From: Eledone cirrhosa
Taxonomy: Eukaryota
Reading direction: 5' to 3'
NCBI GenBank assembly: GCA_964016885.1
Contig: OZ024743.1
Span: 10,912,001 to 10,976,000, forward strand
DNA length: 64,000 nt
The translations under genes were made by a program, and so were the position numbers. Shown here piece by piece: positions 15,436 through 29,016 of this stretch. Positions within the stretch are counted from its first letter, which is position 1; every line of letters begins with the position of its first letter. The notes under the pieces were generated by a model. It was given only the letters and a program-made list of their open reading frames with translations, was not told where the DNA came from and did not search any database.

Positions 15436-15774
15436 ATATATTGGTAAACGGAATAGAAAATGTGTATATGTGTATATAGTGAATATCATTTCACACCTTT
15501 TATTGTTAAGATTGTTGATGTTCTATTAAGAGAACCGATTTTACTGAAAAAATCGAATAATGTACACCATTTTACCAAGGGGGGAAAAAAATACTGTATT
15601 CTACAGTATTCTACAGTATTTTTTTCCCCCCTTGGTAAAATGGTGTACATTATTCGATTTTTTCAGTAAAATCGGTTCTCTTAATAGAACATCAACAATC
15701 TTAACAATAAAAGGTGTGAAATGATATTCACTATATACACATATACACATTTTCTATTCCGTTTACCAATATAT
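15436..15774. repeat. Near-perfect palindrome with ~163 bp arms (foldback/MITE-like)
   Basis: 15436-15598 is the reverse complement of 15612-15774; the centre carries a duplicated TTCTACAGTA. Confidence 0.9.
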
Positions 15775-15804
15775 AATAACTTGTGTGTTACACCTCTATT
15801 CTTT

Positions 15805-15888
<84 letters not shown>

Positions 15889-16322
15889 TGTGCACGTGCC
15901 CATGTGGCTTTACGTGTTTGTGAGAGAGAGAGGAAGAGAATTTGTAAATACACAACCGGAGTTATATCTACACGTATACCGATTTTCTCTGAAATAAGGC
16001 CCCACGGGGAGAGTTTCACTAGAATGGGATGCGTATTCAAAATACCAATTTTGTTGATATTCGATAACTGATCGTGATACACTTTCATCACTTTCTAAAA
16101 GTTTTACGCTACTATCACTTGGTATCTTAGAGAAGAAAATGGAAAGGAACCTATCGTCAAAGCGTTCCGAGGAAACGATGCTTTCATTGCTGACACTATA
16201 TGCCGGTTGTACCTTCTGGCAAATGTGGTGGAATTTTAAACTCAGGGTGGTCAGAAATGGATCAGACCCCTACTCTTTAACATTTCCACTAATCGCCCAC
16301 ATTTGTTCATTATTTATCGTGC

Positions 16323-16507
16323 TGGATTGGCAGTATCGGTAGAGGGTCTGACGCCATGCTTTCCAGCATAGTTACGTGCCTTTACGGTCTGAGTTCAAAT
16401 CCGGTCGAGGTTAACTTTGCCTTTCACCCTTACGGAGTCGATAAAATAAAGTACCAGTAATGTACTGAGTAATTGTTGGCCTTGTGCCAAAAGTAGAAAG
16501 AATTATT
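16323..16507 (+). mobile_element. tRNA/Nin-type SINE
   Basis: Same family as 597-778. Confidence 0.85.
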
Positions 16508-18437
16508 TAACGACCTTGAAAAAATGAAAGGTAAAATTAATATCAGTGTGGTTTGAACTTAAATTGTATTTTATTGTTGGAAATGCGTGTGATAACCTGA
16601 CTGCAGCAACGAAAGGTCCGTCGTATACTTATAGTTCGAAGACATTCGAGTCTTCACTTGCGCTGGACGTGGATTAATGATCAAGGGCAGCAGTGGCCGA
16701 ACACCCTCATACTCTTGCTGTTCTTGACTTCCTGGACCTGTGGAAAAGCGGACAGACGATGGAGAGTATACCAAGGAGACAGTGGGATATCAAGTGTGAT
16801 TTTGATGTGTCACTGGGCTCTGAGATACACATGCATTTTACAGTGACGTTGTTGGATATCAACTTTTTTCCCGTTGAATCTTGACCGCGGTGGGTTAGAT
16901 GTTTTCTCCACACGCTACCAGAAAACCAGTAGATAGAAAAGGTCTTAAAGAATCTCACGGGGGCTTTAAAAGACATTGGCTACACTCAGCCTGATTTAAC
17001 TGGTTTATCAGTGCTGTTGCCATAGCTTGTGGGGTCAGAAATAAGAGCTCGGTGTAAATTTGGAACCAATGGTAGTCGATCTTTTCTGAAAAAGAATTAG
17101 CAGGACAAACTTAACACATACTTTCTATAGAGATGAATTATATATAAATACAATGAATGATTTCCTTTTAAGTGTGAACAATACCTTTAAAACAAGAATA
17201 TCTGGAGGTAACTCATTTCTGGTTCCTGTATGTCTAGATGTATTGGCGAGCTATGTGGATGCGTGTTTTGTATTTCTTTTGTTTTGCATTTCTTGTGTTG
17301 CAAAGGCTGGATTAGTTTTGAATAATAGTGGTGTTTTTCGAGATTTGGTGTACACTATAGAACCGGAGCGGACATAGAGAGAGAGAGAAAATACACATTG
17401 ACACATATACAGTATTCGCACGACCTGCCACTGTACCGTTTTTCATATTAGAAAATCCATAACAGCAAAAATGCTTGTCATTCATAGAGGCATTAAAGTA
17501 TTATTTCATGCATAACCTTCGTCAATGATGTGTGTATACAATGTTGTTGTCATTCAGTCATATGATCACCATAAAACTATTGAAGACATCTCTCGTTCAG
17601 TGGTATAGGTTACTTGTAATAACGAGTTTTAATATAGGCATACAGACTGCAGTTATGGGAGCTGGGGAAATTGCTCATACCGAATACAATATTTCTAAAA
17701 AATAGCAATATATATATATATATCTTTAGGGGCGCCATCCTAACGCACAGTGCTTTCTAGGCTTTTTAAACCCTGTCGGATTCCGCCCCTCTCTAGGTCG
17801 GAACACAACCAATTTCATCCATAGAGTGAGGGAGTGATAAAAGAAGAACCAAATCTAATTCTAGATTGGGACTTTATTCATTGACAGTGAAAGGATGAAA
17901 GATAAAGTTGACCTCAATGGGATTTGAACTCAGAGCACATTGAGCCAGAATAAATATCGAAACCTTTTTCATCTGGCCCACGAACAACTTTCCAGTGCTT
18001 GGATAGTATTGTATTTTATCGGCCCTCGAAAGAAAAATATAGTTGACCTCGGTGTGGATGTTTGTGAGTGTGTATTCATTGCTATTTTCTTTCACTTGTA
18101 CATACAACCGTATAACTAATCCAGGTACTGCCAAATGCTCCCTATCGACGAAGGTCTAACAATTTGAGATGAACCCCCTCAGTACTCATTAAAAAAAAAA
18201 ACATAACGATAACACCAAGAAAAACATCTATCTGACGTTTAATCTATGAAGCAAAAAGTCTCATTAGCCGTATGAGCTACAAAGCCTACTTTTCCGAGAT
18301 TCCAGCCATCAACAGAACCGCGTGTGAGTACGCTTTCAAATCACGGAAATGTCCGCTTAAGATTAAAGACCTCAAAAGCTTTCAAGTAATGGACCTAATT
18401 ACAAAAGAAAATGTTCTACCTTTGCCTTATGTATAAA

Positions 18438-18512
18438 GCCCGGTCCGAAAATCGAACTCAGGACCTAGCGATTTGTAAGCTCGACGCTCTAACCACTAAG
18501 CCATGCGCCTTC
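18438..18512 (-). mobile_element. tRNA-derived SINE head
   Basis: GGCGCATGGCTTAGTGGTTAGAGCG...GAGTTCGATT, similar to the head at 13740-13809. Confidence 0.7.
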
Positions 18513-20082
18513 ATGTGTGTGTGTGTGTGTGCGTGCGTGTGCGTTTGTGTGCGCGTGATTACATTTGTGTCCGTATCTGTCTTTATGTCTCGAAAGTTAG
18601 TGGTTAGACAAAAGAAGATCAATGAGATTAGTGCCAAACTTGAAAATAATAAGTACTGGGTCGATATGATCAATTAAATCCGTTTAAGGCCGCACCAAAG
18701 CATGGCTGAAATCCAATGACCGAAACCAGTAAAAGAATAAAAGAATATTAGAACAACAACATATACCACTATTAAGATCTATCAAATCGACCAAGTTACA
18801 TCTCTCACCTTCCATCAACTCACTAAAGACCTTTGACCGAACGATTACCACAGTTACAACTTAACATAATTCGAGTCTTAAATTGATTTTTTAAACAGAC
18901 CAACAATTTACCATAATTACATAACTAAAGATAATAAAATTAAAGAAAACATGTTCCAAAGTGATGTATGTTGGCGTGCCGTGGGAAGAAATAACTAATA
19001 AAGGTTTCTGGCAGGACCTTTCATCGGAAAATGAGTCTTAGGGAATTGACTCCACAGCGTCTCCTCGAATTTAAGTGATTATATTATATTATTTAACTGA
19101 TTTCTTTGTTGTTCTTTCACCTCTTTCAACAATCATTTCCCCCAACCCTCCCTCCACGCCCCGTCTTACATTTGATATATATCCACTGCGTCTTTTTTAT
19201 TTTTTTACTTTATAACCAGTCGACGACTATGTCAGTATGGTCTGTTGAGAAAACGGTCCACATTTATTTCCTATTTGTAACTGTCTTTATAATTGTATAC
19301 AAATAAACACACATACAGACACACCGAGACACACATGCATGCTCGCAAGCACACGCATACAGACAAGGACACTGGCGACATAGATTCCCCCCACCACCAC
19401 CACCACACACAGGCTCGTACGCACAATTATTGACAGACGAGATCACTGGTGATATACATACATAGACACACACACACACACGTACGGGAAGACACGCATA
19501 CAGAGACACACATTCACGTACGGGAAGACACACGTATACATAGACACACTCACGTACGACTAGATTTGAATACGCATTCACACACATACGCATACACACA
19601 GACGAACACTAGAAGTATACACAGACATACAAACAATGAAACTGGCGATACACACGCACACGCACACACACGAATTCTGTGCAAATATACAGACGATAGT
19701 GTCAGCCATTTGCCACCACCACATACAGCACGCTATTGCGTACGCACACGACAGCAAATCATTCTCCTCTAAATCCTATCATTTTCCGTCTAAATGTTTC
19801 ATTTTCTGGCCTTTAGTTTCTCGATTTTCTTGACTTTCGTTCAACGTTCTACTTTATATTTCTTTATTTTGTTTTCTTCTTTTTCACCTTTCTTTCTTCA
19901 CCTTCAACTTTTCTCCTTTAGTTTTTTCCTTTCACCTTTTCCCTTCATTTTCTTTCAGTCTTTTCTTCTTTTTTTGTTGTTGTTTATTTATTCAGTATTT
20001 TTCAACTGTTACATTCACGTGCTCACACACAAACACACACACCACGCACACTTTCTCATTCATATAGAGCTCTATCAGACAA

Positions 20083-20132
<50 letters not shown>

Positions 20133-21569
20133 CAACACCACCGCCGCCACCACCACTACTACCTCCGACACTGTCTCCCATTAGTCTCCTTTTAATTCTG
20201 GAATCACGCTTCTCTTGTCACTCTGTTCGTAGCCTTTCCTCCCACTCTCTATATCTCTCTATCACTCTCTCACTCACACTTAGAACATGTGTCTATCTTT
20301 CTCGCAGTACGTCACCTAAACGTGCGTAGGCTGGTGTTGGAGAGACGATCCGCCAAACCGGCGACAGTCAATGTTAGGGCCGTATCATTAAATCCCCAGG
20401 GTCAATGGCTTTCTTTTTGACCCTAAGCCTTCGTTATCTGTAGTTCAGACTGACAGAGAACCCCTTCGACTCTGACGCCGGAGTCTCTATTCAAAGACGT
20501 TTCGGCGTTTTATCGCAGGAGAGACAGAAACCTCGCCTCGCTATAGCAAAGATAGATTGTTTAGAAATAGAGAGAAGTTACAAGGTGAACAAAAGAGAGA
20601 GACATAGAGAGAGAGAGAGGGGGGAGTGGGAGGAGACTATAAAGTCTCAGCTAGTTAGACTAAAAAAGAAAAGGACAAGTAGAAATCAATGAAAGGTAGG
20701 AAGGAGGAGGAGGAGGAGAAAAAGAAGGAGGAGAAAGAGGAGTTGAGAGACAGAAAGAAAATAGGAAATTAAAAAGGAGACTAAATGACTTAAGAATGGC
20801 GGCAGTTTATTTTTCTGGTCGTTGTTTTGGTTGATGCGTGTTTTATTTATTTATATTTGTTATTTTAATGTATTTTTTAATGTGTTATAATGTTATTATT
20901 CTGTTTGCTGGGTTTTTTTATAATCATTGTTTGATTTGGGCAGTTGTGGCGACTATGACGTGTCTTCACGATAATGAAATGGGTGGAGAGAAATTGTCCT
21001 ATAAAGGGCCGATAACGAACACTAAAACAGATTTGGTTATCTTCTTTTGTCTCACTGGATTCTTACATTATGTCTGACTATGAGATTGTATAAAAAACAT
21101 ATTAACGGTTTTATAAGCAGCTGGGTGTCAGTCTGTTTTGGTACGGGGCCAGCTTTAAGGATCAATAAATACTGTTGTGTATTGTTACTTATTGTTGGCT
21201 ACACTTGCACTATGTACCTATCTATGGGAATGTATGTACGAGTGTGTGTGCATGTTTATGCACATGGTAGAGAAAACACAGAAAGCGAAAGAGAGGGGAG
21301 GAGAGAGAATGTCTTTACACTTATGTAATCTTCAAATATCTATCTTTGGAGGAGGGGGGGATTTAAAAAAACATGTGCAATATTTGATACTAAATAATTT
21401 TAATTAACATTTTACGTTAGCAGTTAAATAGTGAAATCTCATTGAAGCTCACCATAAATACAGATTCCTCTTGGTTTCAGAATATTTTAAATATTCTGGT
21501 TTCATCCAACGGATTTTACATACTTTAGAACATTTATTCCGTGTTATAAAATAAAATTACAGACAATAA

Positions 21570-22915
21570 ATCAATTTACAGTTGCATAAATAACATTACA
21601 AATATTGAGGGAAACAAAACAAAAAGGATAAAAACAAAACCAAGCAACGAAGAGATTGGGGAAGGGAGTAAAGAAGGGCAGATCTGGTTGAATAGGAAAG
21701 TAGAAGGGGCTATAAATGCTATAAGGGAAAGTAACAGGAAGGAAATAGCAAGGATCATGAGGCCACGGAAGAAAGGGAGAGAGAGTGGTAGGCTCTATGT
21801 CTTGAGAGGGGTGGTAATTCGGCTGCGCCCCGCGAGAAAAGCTGCAACGGCGTTTCCGCGGACAAGGACCAGTGACATCCGCTGTAACAGTCACTCGACC
21901 TCGTGAGGTTACTTCCTCAGATGAGCTGCTGATGATCCAATTTTACGGAGGAACTCGGCAGTATGCGGTCCGAGGACGCCCGGTGCGAAGAGGAAGTGGC
22001 CGAGCAAGTCCCAGTACTTGCTTGTCTTCCTTTCCTCTGCATTGTGGACTGCGGTACCGGAGTTTGTGGCCGAAGCGACTAAGCTGGAGGCGGAGAACGT
22101 TTCACAGCATGTGGCATCCCAGATAAGGGATTTGCCTCCTTCGAATGGGAAGAGGGTAATTCCGTCGGGGCTCTAGCTGTAATGGAAAGTCAGCTGCATC
22201 CAGGCTTCTCTTCAATATGTCATTCAGAGCGGCATATAGGGTGAACCGGCCTGCGCTCTGGTGGCATAACAGTGGGTGCAAGCCAAACTCGTCAACGACA
22301 GCCACACAGCAGCAGTTGTGTAGCTCACACACGCAGAGGCCACGGCGTTGGGCCACTCCGATGCGAGTGCACTCGTCATCAAAAAGGGTAGTTTGATGAG
22401 GTGCGCACCGAATTGAGCTACGCACCGCTGTTTAGCTACGAAAACTGATCGGAGGGAGCCGATGTGGTATTGATCCAAGCTAGACTCGATCAGCCTGAAG
22501 GAAGACCTGCACTTGATGTCGTCCCAATTACGTTGGACATTTGTACACTTAGTGACAGAGAGGCCTTCACCGGTACAGTCGGCCAGAGTCTGCTCAAGCC
22601 CTGGGGTCACGTCAGATTCGGTGGTCTTGCTGAGGACCTCACTGATGAGGGTATGACTAGGAGAGATTGAGGAGAGGTAAGCCGACAGATCCGAAACAGA
22701 TCTGAGGCTGAGGCTACCGAACCTCGCTGGGATCTTCACCTGTAGCCAGTCAACACTGTCGAATTGACATTGCAAATGAGTTCTGCGCAGTGTCGGATGG
22801 TGACGTTGAGTTCTCCGAGAGAATCTGCGTGGGAGTGACAAGGTGCACTGCGCAGCGTGAATGAATATTTGGGAAGGGCGAAGCACGACTGCAGAAATTG
22901 TGCTTGTTTATAAGA
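21570..22915 (-). pseudogene. Degenerate CRE-like (RLE) non-LTR retrotransposon, 3' part
   Basis: Translated pieces CFALPKYSFTLRSAP, IPARFGSLSLRS, C-C..VDEFGLHPLLC...GR...ALNDILKRSL..LEP, WDAT, VRGNA; pyrimidine-rich 3'UTR. Confidence 0.75.
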
Positions 22916-24929
22916 GCCTCTATATAACCGTTTGATTTGTAGAGTTAACAACTAATTACCCTTTAAATCACACCGTAGCGGATTACAAATGATGTTATAG
23001 TCATGGCTGGAAAGCCTTTGATCATAGGTATTTTCAATATGAGTTGAAATAGAGCAAGCGAACAGCAACAACAACAATAACAAGTATTGAAATTGCTGCA
23101 GCAGTATGTGATTTGAAGATGTCACTAAATCAATTACAGGATTCAATGTCGTATGCTCTTATTGTGAGTTCATGTTCTAATGCAGTTGATATTGTTTGTC
23201 ATTGCACCAACTGGATATCACGAATATATTAGGTCAACTATCTATTCTCTTGGCCATCAATCTATTGGAAATGTTTTCTCGTATCTAGATTTATCGTTTA
23301 GTTCCAGCTTCTACGTATAGATATCCCCTCAATTCTCAGAACTCTGATCCCTGTACCTTTAGCAGTGTCATTCATTGATAAATCAATATCTTCTATTTTA
23401 GCTGAAATTCGCTTTTTTTTTCAAAATAGAGATATTTCCGATATTTTACTGATTTTGTTGCTTTGCGTAATTCCTTAGGCCTTCGAAGGATATTTGAGTA
23501 AATATTGTAGAGAAAAAATCGATGACTGTATTAGTGCCATATCACTCACCAGCTCGCCCACTTCAATTTCTTTGTGAACAGTCTCTGATCGGAAATCTCT
23601 TTCAGTATTTCAGATACTATATCTTAGACATCGCTGATCCCATTGAAAATTCCAACTCTTCACTTTGGTTTTTAACAAATCAATCGACTTTTGCTCCCAA
23701 CTCAAATTTTCATGCTACCATCCGATTCTTACTAAAATCTGTTACCACTTTTTTCTTTATTTATTTGTCTCCATTACCTTTCTAATAGAAACTTGTACTT
23801 TGAACAATTCACCAAATGCAATACTTCTTCCTTAGCGATATCCTCCCAAACTGTCGTAGACAAGTCCAATCTATCAAAAGCAATATATACTGTCCTGCAG
23901 TCTTCTTCTTGCCAACCTCATTTCCTTCCTCTAACGTTCCACAGTTACTCGGCCGCTTCATTACACCACACGCCGCAACTTTCAACGTCTACAGTTGATC
24001 TCTATTTTGAACCTCCTTTCCTCCCTTTCAAACATGACAAAAATGTACGTAAACTTTTACTCTAAAACAAATTTTAACCCTAAATCACACCCAACCTGGA
24101 ACTTACACCGCTCTCGTAGCCGATGAAATGTGTGTTATTTTATCTTCAGCCCCACAACTCTACATGCCTTCAAGATCATTGTTTAATGTCCGACAATTGC
24201 ACTTCTGCTAATTTGGTTTAATGCATTACATGTCGTTGCTTTAATGCCTTGTATATATTTGAGATTGGTCACCACCTGGACTTTACTGAAAACATATTGG
24301 ATGTCCTCAATGGTGTCCTTGATATCCTGAAACCTGTGGCTCTTCACTTTAACTCTTTTAGTCATTTCCTACACCATCTCCCTGAATTCGGAGTTTCCTC
24401 CTATTATGGTCTAGCTCAGTGAAGTATGACACATTTCCCAACAAGAATCCTCAACTCTTAGCAGTATGAATATGAGTCTCTCATTCCTTTAATTCCTCCA
24501 CTCACCCCCTTTCAACCTTCCCCAAAAGTTTTTCACTTCGGTCCTTTACATTTGGTTAATCGTTAACAGAGTGTTTGCGTTTCCGTCGCAGATTATCGTA
24601 CACTAAATTGTCAAACTTTCCTCCCACCACTTATGCCACCAACCAACTAAGTCACATTCACGATCTTCCTTTTTCACAACCTCCTACACCAACCACCACC
24701 CTGTTCTCTACACCCTCACATTCCCACGCTTCACTTACAAAATTTATCATTCATTATGATTACCTCCTCATACTCGTCACGTCGTTACCTTTTAACTTAT
24801 TTACTTTTTTTATGTTTTACAGATGGAGAGAGTGAGCGAGTGCGACTCGGAAATCAAGGTCTTGCTGTTGGCTATTACATCAATGTTTGTAGTTTAACAT
24901 GTTCTAATATAGCGACAACCTTAGAGAGA

Positions 24930-26340
24930 TGGATGAACCAGCAGGAGATGGTAATTATTATTAGCATTATCTGAAAAAGGTATGAATTGTATGACAGAAA
25001 ATGAAGTTAATGTGAAAATGTAAAATGCGAACAATATAAGCAATGAACGTAGGATCTGCGTCACTCTATAGTTGATGGAAACACGTGTAGGTGAATATGG
25101 CGATGAGAAAATTGTTATACCTGAAGATTTAGAAGATGAAGTGGGATTAAAAGAAATTTTAATTAATAAAAAAAAAAAACACGAGTTAAATTTAAAACAA
25201 AGGGAAAATCCTAACTGAAACCCCAAACATTGACATTATATTAGAGCATGTTACAAATACACACATTGCTAATATTCGTAATTTAATATGTGTTGCTGTG
25301 GTTAACGTTGGTGAAATGTTGGGTGTAAAATATATACTGAAAAAAGAGAAACTTGATCCACTGATGATAAAACGGATTTGAAAATACATAAAAAATACTT
25401 AGAAGAGACCTCAGTAAGATTGAAAGCTGGAACAAATGTAACCTTCTCAATACCATCTTCATGGATTATATTCCACTTCCAGCTCATATACATCTATTTT
25501 CATACAGTTCGTACCGTTTTGGATTGTGAAGATACTTAGAATGTTTAGCATAGCTGAAAACCTCATTAACATCACCAGTGTCAGGGTGACACAAGAAAAC
25601 GGGGTTGATGGTGAAGAAAAGAAGAACTTGCTATCCTTCAGGGTGACTCCTTCTCTTTGGTATTTGTCATCGTGCTAATAAATATCTCAATGACACTTAG
25701 AAGAATCAACATCGGCTAAAAACAGCAAAAACATACTTTCCTTAAAACACGCGTTCTGCATCGTTAATTTAAAGATAGTCAGAGAAGGGGATCGATTCTC
25801 TTGTTAAAAGAATTAAGGTGTGATACAGTGATATTGAAATGGAATTTGGTGTATCGAAATGTGGGAATGTAGGCATAAAGAGATACAATTTTATTGGAAT
25901 TGCTTTGCTGAAGGAAGCTTGACAATGAATACAGTGACCCAGGCATAAGGAAAAATACAAGCGACGGTAGGATAAGATTTGTTTCGATTTGTACGACTTT
26001 ACTATCCACACAGATCGTACTATTGATGCAAACCACCCTGGTAGTATTGTTAAAGATTTTAAAACAAGACCTGTTTACTCATTTACATGACCGTACCGTC
26101 TGATGTGTCAGCAAAGTGTATAAAAAACTTGCAAAGTATAAAGATCTGGAAACTAAAATAAACTGAAGGTGGCACCTTAAAACCCAATCTATTCCGGTAA
26201 TGATTTGAGCTTTAGGTGTCATAAAGAAAGGTGTTCAAAGGTTTCTAGAAAACATACCTGATAAACCTATCATCTATGAAATCCAAAAGGTAGTTCTAAC
26301 AAGTACTCCCTTCATACTTCGTAATTTTATATCTTTGTAA
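24930..26340 (+). pseudogene. Highly degenerate R4/Dong-like LINE relic
   Basis: Hand-translated ILQGDS (~25633), DIEMEFGVSKCG (~25830) and C-terminal EIQKVVLTSTPFILRNFISL* (~26278-26340). Confidence 0.55.
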
Positions 26341-27004
26341 TATATGTCAACACAATTTTTTCTGTTTAATTTTTATAGTGAATTTAATTGATATTAACAC
26401 CATTCAAATATCCTCGATGCAAAGTTCATTTATCCCCTTTTTATCCCCTCCCACCTTTCTATACTTATTTTTTACCTATCAACCTTTGTGGTATCTTGAG
26501 GACGGAACAATACCCCCCCCCCTCAAAAGCCATCGAAAATTGTCAAAACCAAGACGCCTATCTATTTTCTATTCTGTTTTATTTTGTCACGGTTGGCCAC
26601 CTCTCCATAGTCTCAATCCAATCTTCGGCATCGCAAGACGATGGGATGATATTACTGAGAGATTGATCCTCTGTCTCGACACTTCAACTTCTCTCCCAAC
26701 TCAATGCACTACTTTTTCGTTTGGGGGTCTGCCTTCCATTTCACAGCCAATACTCATTCAGATCTGTTTGCGACTCGTGGCCTTACTGTTGGTTTCTTTG
26801 CAACTGTGTGTTAGCAAATCTATTGACGAATAATTGATACAATATTACTAACCCTGTCTTCTATAAACTATCAAATCTTTCCCCTAACTCATTATACACC
26901 TATCACATTTGTTTGGCTCCGTTCCATATAACTCTGTCACTACATATCTCATTCACTGCAAATAAATTTCTTATCTTTTTCAACAAATTATTAAGTTATT
27001 TTTC

Positions 27005-27824
27005 ACTTCCACTGGCATTACTTGACCACGTTTCCCAAGTACTTGTATCTGTAATATCAGACACTTCCACTGGCATTACTTGACCACGTTTCCCAAGTAC
27101 TTGTATCTGTAATATCAGACACTTCCACTGGCATTACTTGACCACGTTTCCCAAGTACTTGTATCTGTAATATCAGACACTTCCACTGGCATTACTTGAC
27201 CACGTTTCCCAAGTACTTGTATCTGTAATATCAGACACTTCCACTGGCATTACTTGACCACGTTTCCCAAGTACTTGTATCTGTAATATCAGACACTTCC
27301 ACTGGCATTACTTGACCACGTTTCCCAAGTACTTGTGTCTGGAATGTCAGAGACTTCCACTTGCATTACTTGACCACGTTTCCCAAGTACTTGTGTCTGT
27401 AATGTCAGACACTTCCACTGGCATTACTTGACCACGTTTCCCAAGTACTTGTGTCTGTAATATCAGACACTTCCACTGGCATTACTTGACCACGTTTCCC
27501 AAGTACTTGTATCTGTAATATCAGACACTTCCACTGGCATTACTTGACCACGTTTCCCAAGTACTTGTGTCTGTAATGTCAGACACTTCCACTGGTATTA
27601 CTTGACCACGTTTCCCAAGTACTTGTGTCTGTAATGTCAGACACTTCCACTGGCATTACTTGACCACGTTTCCCAAGTACTTGTGTCTGTAATATCAGAC
27701 ACTCCACTGGCATTACTTGACCACGTTTCCCAAGTACTTGTGTCTGGAATGTCAGACACTTCCACTTGCATTACTTGACCACGTTTCCCAAGTACTTGTG
27801 TCTGGAATGTCAGACACTTCCACT
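27005..27824. repeat. 58-bp minisatellite, ~14 copies
   Basis: Unit ACTTCCACTGGCATTACTTGACCACGTTTCCCAAGTACTTGTATCTGTAATATCAGAC with few variants. Confidence 0.97.
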
Positions 27825-28334
27825 CTTCCTGTCAAACAGACAATATTGAATTAACAAACTGTGTTGTATTTTATTACTCTTAATGATGTTGTAGGTCATC
27901 ACCAGTTTCTTGGATTCCAGATTTTCCCCTTACAAAAAATATCATGAACGCTGCACTGGACTAGATTGTTAAAAAATAAAGACCCAACCAAGACACAACT
28001 TGCATTAAAGCCCTAGTTTAAATAGCAACGTAAGTAAACTGAAATCGCTATAACTGGTAATTGAAAAACGTTCGTGAAATATGCTTGATGGGAGATTATC
28101 TTCTAATACGCAGCAATCACTATCATCAAGATTATAAGTTAGATCTAAAATATAATGGGTTTTATGATGTAAAGGCCTTTTAACAGTTTATGCTATAAGC
28201 GAGCCCCTAAAGACTGCGATATCATGAAGCGTATCTTTGATAAGTCAGCTTGGTAAATTTTATGTGTCTGAAATCTCTATACAGATACTTGTTCAAAAGA
28301 CACGAGTCAGTTTTAAAGTTTTGCTGTTCTAAAT

Positions 28335-28636
28335 CAGAGGTTCTCAAACTTTTGGGGCCACCGTGCCGCTCACGGCCACGTAATACTCTCAGCGCTCCCA
28401 CCCCTATTTCCAGAGAGACCTGCTTACACATAAATTGTAAATAATATATAATAAATAATATAATATATACTATGTATAAATAAATGTTTTTTTTTTTATT
28501 TTACTATATTTACATATATGTATGTATCATTTGATATTCAATATACTATTATATCATCTCTACCACCTACCACCACCGCTCCCTGGACCTTGTCAATACC
28601 CCATGGGGGCGGTAACGTCCACTCTGAGAGCCTTTG
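28335..28636. mobile_element. hAT (Charlie-like) MITE
   Basis: Imperfect TIRs CAGAGGTTCTCAAA / CAAAGGCTCTCAGA with an exact 8-bp TSD TTCTAAAT (28327-28334 and 28637-28644). Confidence 0.85.
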
Positions 28637-28934
28637 TTCTAAATTATGCTACACAGTGGCGGGCCGGTTTAGAACAACGTAACATTGTCATGGATACTCT
28701 ACAAAGCCTGGAACAGAATTAAAATGGCTAACTCTTCCGCCAGTAGTCTGCTGGCCTGTTTTCTTGACTGTCGGCGATATTTCATATGGTTTGTTCAGAG
28801 ATAGAAATGTTCATGTTGGGTGAAATGCGCGTCTTCAAGTACGGTTTGCTAATTTGTTGTGGAACTAACTGTATACCGAACTCGTCCTCTGGACTGAGTG
28901 CTTTACTTACTACAGATATAACCGCCCGGATTTT

Positions 28935-29016
<82 letters not shown>

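Noticed and set aside
16570-17080. Possible Tx1 fragment (WTWIND motif); similar faint RT-like traces at 23150-23800 and 49800-50370
   Set aside because: Too degenerate to support without a search.
27005-27824. CRISPR-like regular array
   Set aside because: There are no unique spacers, the context is eukaryotic and no cas genes are present; it is a tandem minisatellite.
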